A DNA stretch of 63,081 nucleotides, the filler included, from Hausera hauseri (lineage: Eukaryota), in NCBI GenBank assembly GCA_046269625.1. It is 10 parts of 10 records of this genome, joined end to end, with 100 filler letters (N's around TTAATTAATTAA, not from the genome) between each part and the next. Parts side by side here need not be neighbours in the genome. Positions count along the whole stretch, not along the records: positions 35,099 to 41,659 come from JBJURY010087100.1; positions 41,760 to 46,236 come from JBJURY010562451.1; positions 46,337 to 53,888 come from JBJURY010007012.1; 7 more parts are not named here. One strand, 5' to 3'. Positions 36,560-48,365 of the stretch are shown here, piece by piece. The notes under the pieces are model-generated. The model was given only the letters and a program-made list of their open reading frames with translations. It was not told the DNA's origin and ran no database searches. Position numbers and translations under genes: made by a program. Positions within the stretch are counted from its first letter, which is position 1. Every line of letters begins with the position of its first letter.

Positions 36560-37197
36560 CACTAAAAATAACCACGAGCTTTACTTTAATAAAACAATCA
36601 AAATACTGGAAAAGGAAACATTTCAATTTGAGGAACGTTTTTAAAAATTTTAAATGGGCCTATTTGGAGAGCATCTGGGACGATTTTGGATCTACCAAGG
36701 AAGAGAAAGCAAACTGTTGTGATGCCGGAAAACGTTGGGAATGAGAGATTATTGAACAACAACCAAAATCATCGCAAAGAAGAATATCGGCGGAAACTGG
36801 AATGACTAGGACATCAGTTCAAAGAATAATACACGATGAACTTCGTTTGCGTCCCATAAAATCCAGCTGACTCAACAATTGGAACAAAGGGACATCAGCT
36901 GATGATTTGATTTTGCAAATTTAATGTTGGAAAAGATTGAGAGGAATGAAATTGATGCCAACAAAATCTGGTTTAGCGATAATGCACACTTCGATCTGAC
37001 TGGCAACGTGAACAAGCAAAATTATAGATTTTGGGGTTCTCAAATGCCAGATTTTTCTACAGTTAGGGTAATTAAACCAATAAGAGTGACAGTTTGGGCA
37101 GCGATGACAGTTGATGGAATAATTGGGCTATACTTCATTGAAGGGACGGTGACAAGTGCCAAGTATTCAACATTATTGAGCGAAAGGATTGTTGGTT
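36560..37197 (+). mobile_element. Tc1/mariner (rosa/DD41D-like) transposase fossil, truncated by a Polinton terminus
   Basis: SQRRISAETGMTRTSVQRII, IWFSDNAHFDLTGNVNKQNYRFWG, VTVWAA...GIIGLYF. Confidence 0.85.
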
Positions 37198-40100
37198 AGT
37201 AGGTAGAAGTGCGGGCTCCACCCAACTTTCCCAAAAGTGCTCAGATCGACCTCGGACCTAGTTTTCCCACCTATGTCACAATTCTGAGCATTTCATGTCT
37301 CGAGGTCAGAGACCCCTTCAGGGAAAGAAGGTCGAGCAATGGACTTTGAACCGAGACCAATCGGTCGAGCCGGATAAGACGAACAAAAGTTATCGGCGCC
37401 GCGGAGCCGGAAAATGTAACCCGGCGGCACAGGAGGTGGAAGAAGAAAAACGGGCAATGTGCAACTGTCAATGCAACACATTTTTATTTGTTTTTAGTTT
37501 AACAATTACTTTAATTTGTTTATCACTCCGAAATGTTCGCAATATCCAATGTATTGCATCTCCCACATACATGATGGTGGATAATGTCACAATGAAATGG
37601 CCAAATATTATTCAGTGGCCGAGGACACGTACCTGTGTCTCGTGTGTTTTATTCAAGACACATTCCCGTACGCCGACTTTTGAGATACACAAGCATCATC
37701 TCGGTCCGTTCACGCGGTCCAAGATGGCTGTGCATTGCCCCACATCCGCGATACTGTAGTAGTAGTAGAGTGCATGACGTTGATGGTTGCCATAGTTTAA
37801 TGGAGCAGTACTATGGCGCCACAACGGTGCACGGTAAACGGGCCTACGTTTGTTCCGGTTGTTCTATAGTTGATGAAATCAACTATGAACAATTTTATAA
37901 CCAGCACAAGGACCACTTAAACCAGTTTCAGAGGTCCAAAACGGATATAGTGATGTCGACAAGAAAAACCAGTATCCCTTCAACAAGTAGAGAACGTCAG
38001 GCCTCAACAAGTCTTGACGAGTGCATCCGAAATAGTACCGAACAGTAGCAGCAGCAGGAGGAACCTTCCATAACTATCAAGTACGATCTAAACAAATCGT
38101 ACGTGGACCTGAAAGTAAACATGTCTTGGACAACAACACTACAGCTGGGGCCTGTTCCGTCAAGTGTGCGCAGCCGGTTGGAATTAGAGGTGGAGAAATT
38201 CAAACTCAACAACTGCAAAGTGGAATATTATTCACTTGCAGAATTTGAAAACGTTGAAGGTGACAGGAATCAAAGGTATATGTCACATCGAGCCGTACCG
38301 TATTAGGAAGATTTTATTGCCGATGTAGGCGAAAAATTGGATGATAAAATCGACAACTACACGGAAAAGGGTAGTGGATGGCGAATTATACGAATTGTCA
38401 CACTCGGCTTTATCATAACAAAGTCGAGTGACGTGGTATACTTGTCTGGACGATCATTCATACCGACACCTGCATCTCTAAAGCAGTCTCTGGTGGTAGT
38501 GAGTGTACAAAATACTGACGACGACGACGAATACTGTTTTCTGTACAGTATACTGGCTGTATTGAAGTACAGCGAAGTGAACAGATATCATGTAATCGTC
38601 GAAATCAGTATCGGCAGTATTTTTCCGAATTGTAATTTGATGAATGCTGCATGCCGATGAAACTGAAAACTATTCCGGCTTTTGAACGGCATAATCCGAC
38701 GCTGTCAATCAACGTTTTCCGGTACAACACAATAGTTGAGATACTGGAAGATGAAGATATTTATAAGAACCGCCATGTGGACATAATTTATCGCAGTTGG
38801 AACCCCATTGGACGCTCGGTAAATTTGTTGCTGTTGGAGCAGGCCGAAAAATTTTATTACGTGACAGTGACAAACCTGGATAGACTGTTGAACATGCAGC
38901 ATGACCAGTTCATCAAAAAGCGAATACGATTCAAGTGGTGTCTTGTATGTCTGCATGGATTCAGATCGGAAACAACGTGGGAAAAACATGTTACGCTATG
39001 CAGACAAAACGGATCAGGGACAACAATGTACGTCATGCCCGTCATAAGGGAACTCAGATTCATTGATTGCTTTTAAACGGACAGTCCGGCATATGTGGTG
39101 TATGCCGATATCAAAGCAATTCTACCACGGCACAATGTATACGACCAAAAGCACGTTCCAATTGCCGTCGGTATGTTGCTAGTACCAATAAAAGCCCCGG
39201 ACAACCGCAGTATTACATTTTTTGTGGTTGGAACTGTGTGCGTAATTTCCTGCTGCAGTCGGAAACCATAGTGGAAACGGAAATTGCGCCGTGTTATTGC
39301 AACAATTGCAATAAGCCATTCATTTTGGCAGACAAATATCAACCGTTGCTTTTCGCAGTCACCGATGAATGCTATATGTGCCACAAAATAATATCGTTTG
39401 ATGCACAAGAACGGCTCCTACCGGATCCCGACCATTTGACCGGTTAATATTTGGGAGCAGCATGTAATTATGCAATTTAGCAAGGCGAGTGCGACCATTC
39501 CTGCCGGTGATCTTTCATAATTTCCGAGGTTATGACTGTCACCATATTCTCAAATGGGCCATTAGCGTCTTTCCGCACTGTGAACTGTCCATAATCCAAA
39601 CGACAATGGAGAAATACCTATCACTGTTGGCACGAGTAAACCGATTCCAGGTACGCTTCCATGATTCATTGCAATCTCTCAATGAATCATTGGCAAAGCT
39701 GGTAAATGCCTTGCCAGATGTGCGAATAGCACTGATACATATTTCCATATGACTTTGCAACATAATATAAGCGACTCCGGACAACAGAGGAATTACTGCC
39801 GACAGGTATCACACAGGATGAATGCCGGAAAGCAGAGGTGTTGGACAAAACTCGGATGTAGAAACATGTTGGATTACATGTTCGTGTATCTTAAACTAGA
39901 CGTGTACTTATTCGCCGATGTGTTCGAAGCATTTCGGGCCGAAGCGCTGGCGGAAGATAGGTTTTATCCACTCAACTTTTATTCCATACCCGGAATAAGT
40001 TTGGCGTCAGCCCTAATGTGACTGGATAGAGACATTCAGCTGCTGCAAGACCAGGAAATTTACCTAATGTTTGATGTTGGTATTCGCGGCGGTCAGTGCT

Positions 40101-41659
40101 ACCAATATCACATCACTGCTGTATATTGATATTAATAACCTGTATGGCTGGGCGCTTTCGCAACCTTTGCCGTAAGGTTAATTCTAATGGGTAGTCGACA
40201 GACAAGATCTGGACGACATAACGTTCCATCTAACACGGGCATACATGGCAGGCTCAGTCGAATACCTGATGGAGGTCAATCTAGTGGTATCAGATGAGCT
40301 GCATGACGTTTGGGCCGATTTACCGGTCACACCATTTAACCAATGTCCGCCAGGCTCAAAAGTGAAGAAACTGCTTATGACGCATGAACCGAAGCTGAAT
40401 TACGTGGTCCATTGGCGTCTGCTACAGTTCTACATGCAGCTCGGTGTACGCATCACACGGCTGCATCGGGCAATCCAATTTGCTCAGGCTACCATGTTGA
40501 AGGCGTACATAGATGGAAATTCGAAGAAACGAGCCGCATCTTGTACAAAGTTCGAAAAGGACTACTACAAGCCGAAAAACAATTCGCTGTACGGAAAAAT
40601 AGTGCAGAATCTGAAAAAACGGCTCAATGTACGCCTATGCAATAGTGAAAAGCGGTCGGTCACATACATGAGTAAGGCGAAGTTTCGATGGTCAATGCAC
40701 ATTGCCAATGGATTGTTTGCTGTGCTGTTAAACAGAGAAGAAATCGTTCTGGACCGGCCAAATGACATCGGACAAGTGGTATTGGACCTGAGCAAGTTGC
40801 GAATGTATGAGCTACAGTATCGCGATTTGGCACGTTATCGGCAAATGTTTGTCGGCTGTGACATTAGTATAATTGCCGGTGATACAGACAGTTTTTTTCT
40901 GCGGCTGAAAAAAACAATCGCGAACAGATACTGCAACAAATGTAGTCAGATGGATTATTGAACACGTCCAACTATCCACTGAATCACTCGTTGTACAGCA
41001 CCGCGATCACCAACAAAATCGGCTACTTCAAGGATGAATGTGAAGGTCGGGTTCAGTATCGGGAATGGATATTTCTACGCTGAAAATTTTATAGCCTTTT
41101 AACTTTCGGCGGACGGGAAATGCGAGCGGACGGAAATAAACCACGGTGATTGTGGCCGTATCTACGAAGAAGAAGAATGACAATCAAAGGCTGCTGTGTC
41201 ACATACGATCATCCGATCGATTGAGCACAGGCTGTATACGGTGACCAATACAAAAGTCGCTTTATGATGCAATGATGATAAGCGTAAGTGAGTGGGGCGA
41301 AATAAGAGTTAGGCGTACGGACATTGACGTTTGGAATAAAACACGCAAGCATGAATGCGATGCAGACAGATAAAATTACTGTAACAATTCATTGTGATCT
41401 GTTTGTTTTGTATAAATAATGTGCATTAATCGTTGTATTTGTCTTTTGTTTTATTATCATTTTGTTTACCTATTTAACTTAATGTGACGAGAAAATATAT
41501 GAAAAACAAACAAAATCCATAAAATTTATTAATCATCATAAGCTAAAATCAAGAAGAACGTAAGTCAAATCAGGATAAAATTTCCCAGCTTTAATATTGG
41601 TGATTTAACGCCGTGCAGTTCCTTGTATCCTTTCAACTTTAATGTTATATAGTCTTTAG
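37198..41659 (+). mobile_element. Polinton/Maverick left end with PolB
   Basis: AGTAGGTAGAAGTG terminus followed within about 350 bp by the PolB coding region. Confidence 0.85.
37550..41339 (+). pseudogene. Protein-primed family B DNA polymerase (group-2 type) with N-terminal Cys/His module and EndoVII/HNH insert
   Basis: GSGW, CFLYSILA, DHLTG.YLGAAC, IFHNFRGYD, YIDINNLYGWALSQPLP, KNNSLYGK, GDTDS, AYGH; many frameshifts. Confidence 0.92.
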
Positions 41660-41759
41660 NNNNNNNNNNNNNNNNNNNNNNNNNNNNNNNNNNNNNNNNN
41701 NNNTTAATTAATTAANNNNNNNNNNNNNNNNNNNNNNNNNNNNNNNNNNNNNNNNNNNN
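41660..41759. other. Artificial contig spacer
   Basis: N44-TTAATTAATTAA-N44. Confidence 0.98.
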
Positions 41760-44277
41760 TCCAGTGACATTAGAGCTGACGCCCAACTCATTCCCGGTAT
41801 GGAATAAAAGTTGAGTGGCTCCAGCCTATCTTCAGCCAACGCTTTTGCTCAAAATGTCTGAAACACATCGGCTAATAAGTACACGTTCAGTTTCAGATAC
41901 TGAAGCATGTACTCCAACATGTTTCTGCAGCTGAGTTCTGTCCAACATCTCTGTGCCTTCCGGTATTCATCCTCTGCAATACCTGTCCATCGCGACGGTA
42001 ATTCCTCTGCTGTTCGGAGTCTCTTATATGATGCTACAAAGTCATACAGGAATATGCCTTTGCTACGTGCAATGCGTGGAAAATTGCGTCAATGTTATCG
42101 GCACATCCGGCAACGCATTTATGAGCTTTGCTAGAGAACATTGAGAAATTGCAATGAATCGAGGAAACGTACTTGGAATCGTTTTATGCGCGCTGACAGG
42201 GACATGTATTTCTCCATTGTTTTTAGGATTACTGACAGTTCTCAATGGGGAAATCCATTAATGGCCAATTTCAGTATATGGTGACAATCATAACCTGGGG
42301 AATTATGAAAGATCACCGATAAGAATGGCCGCACATGCATTGACAAATTGCATGAATTACATGCTGCTCCGAGATATCGACCTGTAAAATGATCGTGATC
42401 CAGTACGAGCCGTTCAAGTGCGTCAAACGGTAATATTTTGTGGCAGAGGTAACATTCATCTGTGACTGCAAACGTCAGGCATTCATCTTCATCTGTCCAC
42501 ATCAAGGGTTTATTGCTCTTTCTACTGTACCATGGTACGATTTCAGTTTCCACTATGGTTTGCAACTGCTACAGGAAATCATGTATACTGTTCCAGCCGT
42601 GAAAGGCGTAATACTGCGGCTGATCGACCGCTTTTATTGGGATAACCAACATACCAACAGCGATTGGAACGTCTTTTTGATAATACACGTTGTGCAGTAG
42701 TAGAATTGCCTCAATATCGGCATATACCACATATGCCGAACTGTCCGTTTTCGACCAGTCACTGAATCGGAGCTCCTTTTTGAGTGGCATGACGTACATG
42801 GTTGTTCCCGTTGAATTCTGCGTGCACAGCGTAACATGTTTCTCCCATGTTGTTTTTGACCTGAATCCATGCAGACATACAGGACACCATTTGCATCGTA
42901 TTCGCTTTTTGATGAACTGGTCATGCTCCAAGTTAAACAGTCTATTCAGATTTGTTATTGTCACGTAATGAAATTTTTCGGATTGCTCCAACAGCAACAA
43001 ATTTACCTAGCGTCCATTCCGGGTCCGACTGCAACAAATTATGTCCACATGGGGTTCTTATAAACTTCTTCGTCTTCCGGTATTTCAGTTATTATGTTGT
43101 ACCGGAAAACGTTGATTGACAGCGTCAGATTACGCCGTTCAAAAGCCGGAATGGTTTTCAGTTTCATCGGCATCCAGCATTCATCAAATTGCAATTCGGA
43201 AAAATACTGTCGATACTGATTTGGACAATTTGCATGATATCTGTTCACTTCGCTGTACTTCAATACAGCCAGAATACTGTACAGAAAACAGTATTCGTTG
43301 TCAGTATTTTGTATATTCACTACCACCAGAGGCTGCTTTAGAGATGCAGGTGTCGGTATGAATGACCATCCAGACAAATATACCACGTCACTTGACCTAG
43401 TTATGGTAAAACCGAGGGTCACAATTCGTATAATTCGCAATTCAGTATCCTTTTCGGTATAGTTGTCGATTTTCTCATCCAACTTTTTGCCTACATCGGC
43501 AATAAAAGCTTCGGAATACGGTACAGCTCGACGTGACAGGTACCATTTTTTCCTCTCACCTTCAACGTTTTCAAATTCTGCAAGTGCATAATATTGCACT
43601 TTGCAGTTGTTGCGTTTGAATTTCTCTACCTATAATTCCAACCGCTGCGCGCACCTGACGGAACATGTCTCAGCTGTAGTGTTGTCCCCGACATGTTTAC
43701 TTTCATGTCCTCGTACGCTTTGTTTAGATCGTACTTGACAGTAATGGAAGAATCGTGCTGTTGCATCTGCTGCTGTTCGGTTCTGTTTCGGATGTATTGG
43801 TCAAGATTTGTTGATGTCTGACATTTTGTGCTTGTTGAGGGGATACTGGTTTTTCTTGACATAATCACTATTTCCTTTTTGGACCGCTGAAACTGGTTCA
43901 AGTTGTCCCTGTGCTGGTTATAAAATTGTTCATAGTTGATTTCATAAACTATCGAACAACCGAGACAAACGTAGGCCTGTTTACCGTGCACCGTTGTGGC
44001 GCTATAGTACTGCTCAATTACACTGGCAACCATCAACGTCATGCACTCTACTACTACAGTATCGCGGGTATGTGGGGCAATGCACAACCATCATCTTAGA
44101 CCGCGTAAACGGCCCAAGATGATATTTGTGCATCGCATAAAAGTCGGGGTATGGACAAGGGGCCGAAATACTACCACACGTTGGGCACAAATATGAGTCC
44201 GTGCCAACGGTGTAATATTTAGCTATCTGCTGATGGCACTGCTCCTTTTCCACACGTATGCGCGAGACGCAATACAT
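41760..44277 (-). pseudogene. Second Polinton pPolB copy (N-terminal half)
   Basis: Collinear with 37550-40030; VYADIE, DHDHFTGRYLGAACNSCNL, IFHNSPGYD. Confidence 0.92.
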
Positions 44278-44463
44278 GGGATAATTAGTACACTTCTGAT
44301 TGGAAATTAAAATAAAATAAATGTTTCATATTAAGTTATATATACTATAAATTGAAATATGACAACTTATTTGTCGGTCTTGAGAAAAAAGTGAAGTCTC
44401 CTTACTCCCTTATAAAGAAGTATTCTAAACGCTACAACAACAACAACAACAACTATAAATCAC

Positions 44464-44724
44464 ATGGAACAGTACATTGAAAGCGAGATTAAGAAATTGG
44501 CCGATGACATTTTGACTGGACATGTGTTTAATCTTCAGTTTTTGTATGAGCTCGCAGAAACCAGAATAATTAGTCGACGGGAATATATTGAATTATTTGT
44601 CAGATCTCTATTGGTACAACGTATCAAAGATAAAATGAGACGAAAACAGCAACAACAACGACGGATTAATTTCCTCATTGGACTTGTTTTTACTGCTTCG
44701 CTTTGTATTGTAATTAAAAATTGA
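44464..44724 (+). CDS. Small hypothetical protein with C-terminal hydrophobic anchor
   Basis: 86-aa ATG ORF; TATAAA motifs upstream; tail RRINFLIGLVFTASLCIVI. Confidence 0.45.
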   Translation: MEQYIESEIKKLADDILTGHVFNLQFLYELAETRIISRREYIELFVRSLLVQRIKDKMRRKQQQQRRINFLIGLVFTASLCIVIKN

Positions 44725-45399
44725 TTGGCCGTATTTAATCATACATTTGTACATATTTTGTTGCGTTTGATTTCGTGAATATAATTTATTTCGCGTGTCT
44801 TTGTTGTTGTTTTTTACATTTCAGTATAAATACTTGTGCTTCGTTACGGTATGACATTACGACATGTCCCATTTATCAAAACTCATTCGTTAGTATCACT
44901 CCTTCGAAAGTTTCCGTAGTCACCTTTACAATCTTGATCGACCTTTACATGATGCACGATACTGATCTCCCGAAGAGATACTCCGGCGTGCTGAGGAGAA
45001 TTGGAGGGCACGGGAACCTTATCTACGACGTATGAATTAGGTTGTTGGTGACATGGACATGATATTCGGTCAGATTTTTTGCATATGGCAGAAATTGGCG
45101 GATACTTATGCACTATGCCAACAGTCCACGCCAAATGCAGTTTGTGGATGATTTTGTCCAAAGCGACCAGATGATGGTGGATTACATTCCCATGTGGCAG
45201 TCGGCGGATCAGATTTGCTTTAAGCAACATTTGAATGTAACTAATTCTAATGGACTCGTTCATTCTCCTACGGAATTGATTAACCCACGTGGTTTGTGTA
45301 CTCCTAGCATTCATTAGAAAAGATTTAATTGTTGTTGTTGTACGAAAAAAGGGAAATAAATGTTCGATTCAGACTTGACTTAGCAACAGGTGTGGTCCG

Positions 45400-45615
45400 A
45401 CCAAATACTAGGTTACCGAAAAATTAAAATAATCCTTATAGTCAGATAGGTGGGAAAATATGGTTGTCCAAAACTAGATCAAAAATTTTTTTCAAATGTT
45501 TGTTATAGTCAGATAGATGGGGAAATGCAGATGTCCGAAACAGGGTTAGTCCAAAATTTTTCCGACTCAACTCATTGCGGTGAGTCCGAATATGCAGGTG
45601 TCCGAAACTGGGTCA
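45400..45615. repeat. Degenerate tandem repeats (TATAGTCAGATAG.TGGG.AAAT...GTCC.AAAC)
   Basis: Two or three imperfect units of about 65-70 bp; probably subterminal to the element. Confidence 0.55.
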
Positions 45616-46236
45616 TTAATAAAATTTAATATTGAAAAGGTACAATATATATTTGTGAACATATTAAATTGGTGGTATTGCTGAAACTGCATTTCAGTTT
45701 ATCAATATGAATAATCCCTGAGAATCATTCGAAGTAATTTTTCGAAATTCAGTACAGAAAAGGTCAATTAATGTCCCATTGAAGTCATTGGCTATATAGG
45801 TCTGACTATTGTTTTTACTTTCGAAAAGACGTTTTCAATGGGGGTTATTTTAGAAATATCATCCAGTTCTCAGCAGTTCATCCATTCTAACTGATCTTCT
45901 TGTTAATTTAGTCAAAAAAAGGATCATAAGTCTCATATTCGTTCTGAAAAACACTATAAAAGATCTGAGCAGATTGTGAAATGTAAATTACTTGCGGTGC
46001 ATTCAGAGCTTTGTGAGCCTATATTCCAGTTAAGTCCAAGCTTGTATATTTGCACAGTGATTTGCCAGGGATATTTATTGCCTCTGGAATTGGCCACACA
46101 CAGTGGCTATCCCGCTGCAGTGAAAATATCAATAATTATTCTGATGAGATGAAATAAAAGGTTAAATAATAGTGTTCCGACTAGCTCTTTGTTCCTCAGT
46201 CCTGTCAGACATTTTTCTCCAAGCAGGCTACTCAAA

Positions 46237-46336
46237 NNNNNNNNNNNNNNNNNNNNNNNNNNNNNNNNNNNNNNNNNNNNTTAATTAATTAANNNNNNNN
46301 NNNNNNNNNNNNNNNNNNNNNNNNNNNNNNNNNNNN
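46237..46336. other. Artificial contig spacer
   Basis: N44-TTAATTAATTAA-N44. Confidence 0.98.
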
Positions 46337-47200
46337 GATGCAGGTGTCGGTATGAATGAACGTCCGGGTAGGTAAATCATGTCACTCGTCTTGGTCAGAA
46401 TAAAGCCGAGAGTCACAATCTTTACAATTCGTCAATCACTGCTCTTTTTTGTGTAGTTGGTGATTTTTTCGTCAAGCTTTTCGTCTACATCGACAATAAA
46501 ATCCTCAGAGTATGGTACGGCTCGATGTGACAGGTACCATTGTAGTGGTGTTGTTGGAATTTGTCCACCTCTGATTCCAACCGGTTACGCACATTAGCGG
46601 GAACATCCTTCATTTGCGCTGCTGTTTTCACTGACATGTCCACCTTCATGTCCACGTACGATCTGTTCAGGTCGTACTTGACAGTAATGGGCGGTTCTCG
46701 TTCCTGCTGCTGCTGTTGTTTTGAAAGTGTTCTACAAGACTTGCTGATGATTGCCCTTTGCTGCTGCTTCTTGCTGCGTCCATTAATATTTCCTTTTTTA
46801 ACCTCTGAAACTGATTCAAGTGGTCCTTGTGGTTGTTTTATAATTGCTCATAGTTGACTTGCGTCTAACTATAGAACAATCGGGACATACATAGGCCCGT
46901 TTACCGTGCACCGTTGTGGTACCATAGTACTGCTTTACTGCACTATGGCAACCATCAATGTTATGCACCTTACATGTGCAATAACGTGGATATGTGGGGC
47001 AATGCGCATGCATCATCTTCTTGGACCGCGTGAACGGACCGAGATGATGCTTGTGCATTTCATAAAAGTTGGCGTACGGACATGTGTTTTGAATAAAAGA
47101 CACGGGACACAGGTACGTGTCCTTGGCCACTGAATAATACTTGTCCCTTTCCTTGTGGCATTATCCGCCCTCATGTATGCGGGAGATGCAATACATGGGA
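46337..47200 (-). pseudogene. Third Polinton pPolB copy (N-terminus only)
   Basis: HKHHLGPFTRSK, YYGTTTVHGKRAYVC, KYDLNRSYVD, SFIPTPA. Confidence 0.88.
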
Positions 47201-47363
47201 TACTACAAACATTTTTGAATGATAAACAAATTAAAGTAAAAACAAATATTAATGTATTAATTATAAATAATTAAATTTAACTACAATAAACCATAACTTA
47301 TTCACCTTACTGCAGTCTCAGATGTTGCCTAAATCGCCTATGAACGTTTATCAACATTACTAC

Positions 47364-47900
47364 AGTACGTAGAAGTGAGCTCTCCACCTCACTTCTCTGA
47401 TTGAACCGCCGACCACTTTTCCCAACGTGATTGGCTATTCTGAACATTTCACTAAAATTTTCTCACAACCGCTCCCCTCATAAATTGAGGTCGAGCAAAG
47501 ATATTCGGATCAGGTGATATCAATAGCGCCTGACGAGGTGAGGCAAAGTTAACAGAGGAGCGGCTTACAAAAGTGTAAAGGAGAGTCGCTAGAAGAGGAC
47601 GAAGCAAAACAGGAAATGCTTTACGTGTAACGTGAAACATGCTGCTGGCACTGAGAAAATGTGTACAATGGGTAAATCCATATTGGCGATTGCAATGGAC
47701 ATTGGTAAAATTACCCCATGTTCTAGTCTGCAGGTGATGGAAATTGGTCTAATACATTGTCCATAAGCTGGAGAAAATTTCATATTATAGCCGCCTCACG
47801 ATCAAACCATTGTATCGGGGTGAAAAATGCAAACAAACGAACGAACAAACGAATGAACCAAAAATGCGCAATGTTAAAGTGAAAATCATTATATGTTAAA
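47364..47900 (+). repeat. Polinton-type terminus copy (AGTACGTAGAAGTG)
   Basis: Shares GAAGCAAAACAGGAAATG and ATTATAGCCGCCT.ACGATCA with 47914-48365. Confidence 0.65.
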
Positions 47901-47913
47901 GTCAAAATCGTAT

Positions 47914-48365
47914 AGTAGGTAGAAGTGTCCGCTCCAACCTTGATCCAATAAAGTGATTAGATGGACCTGAAACCTAGTTTTCTCCACTTATCTCAGAATT
48001 GTGAGCATTTCATGTTTTGTGATCAAAGACCTCCAAAGCCGGAAGCACATGTCACCGATTGAAATCGGTAAAGCTTGATGAGTCGAGTAAATTTTTATAG
48101 CGCAGCGACAGACCAAAATTTTACTGGACTGCGCTAGAAGCAAAAGAAGCAAAACAGGAAATGTTTTATAAGAAACAAGACACGAGTTACGAATTGCAAA
48201 ATGTTTGGTTCAAATGTAAAATCAACGTCGGGGAATCGAATGCACATTTCACATTATAGCCGCCTTACGATCAGACCAATGGATACCGGTGAAACATGCA
48301 ATAACGAAACCGAACGACAAAAACGCAATGTCAAAAAGTCAAAATCATCATCATATAACCATCAT
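47914..48365 (+). repeat. Polinton-type terminus copy (AGTAGGTAGAAGTG)
   Basis: Homologous to 37198-37460 (ACCTAGTTTT, TGAGCATTTCATG) and to 47364-47900. Confidence 0.7.
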
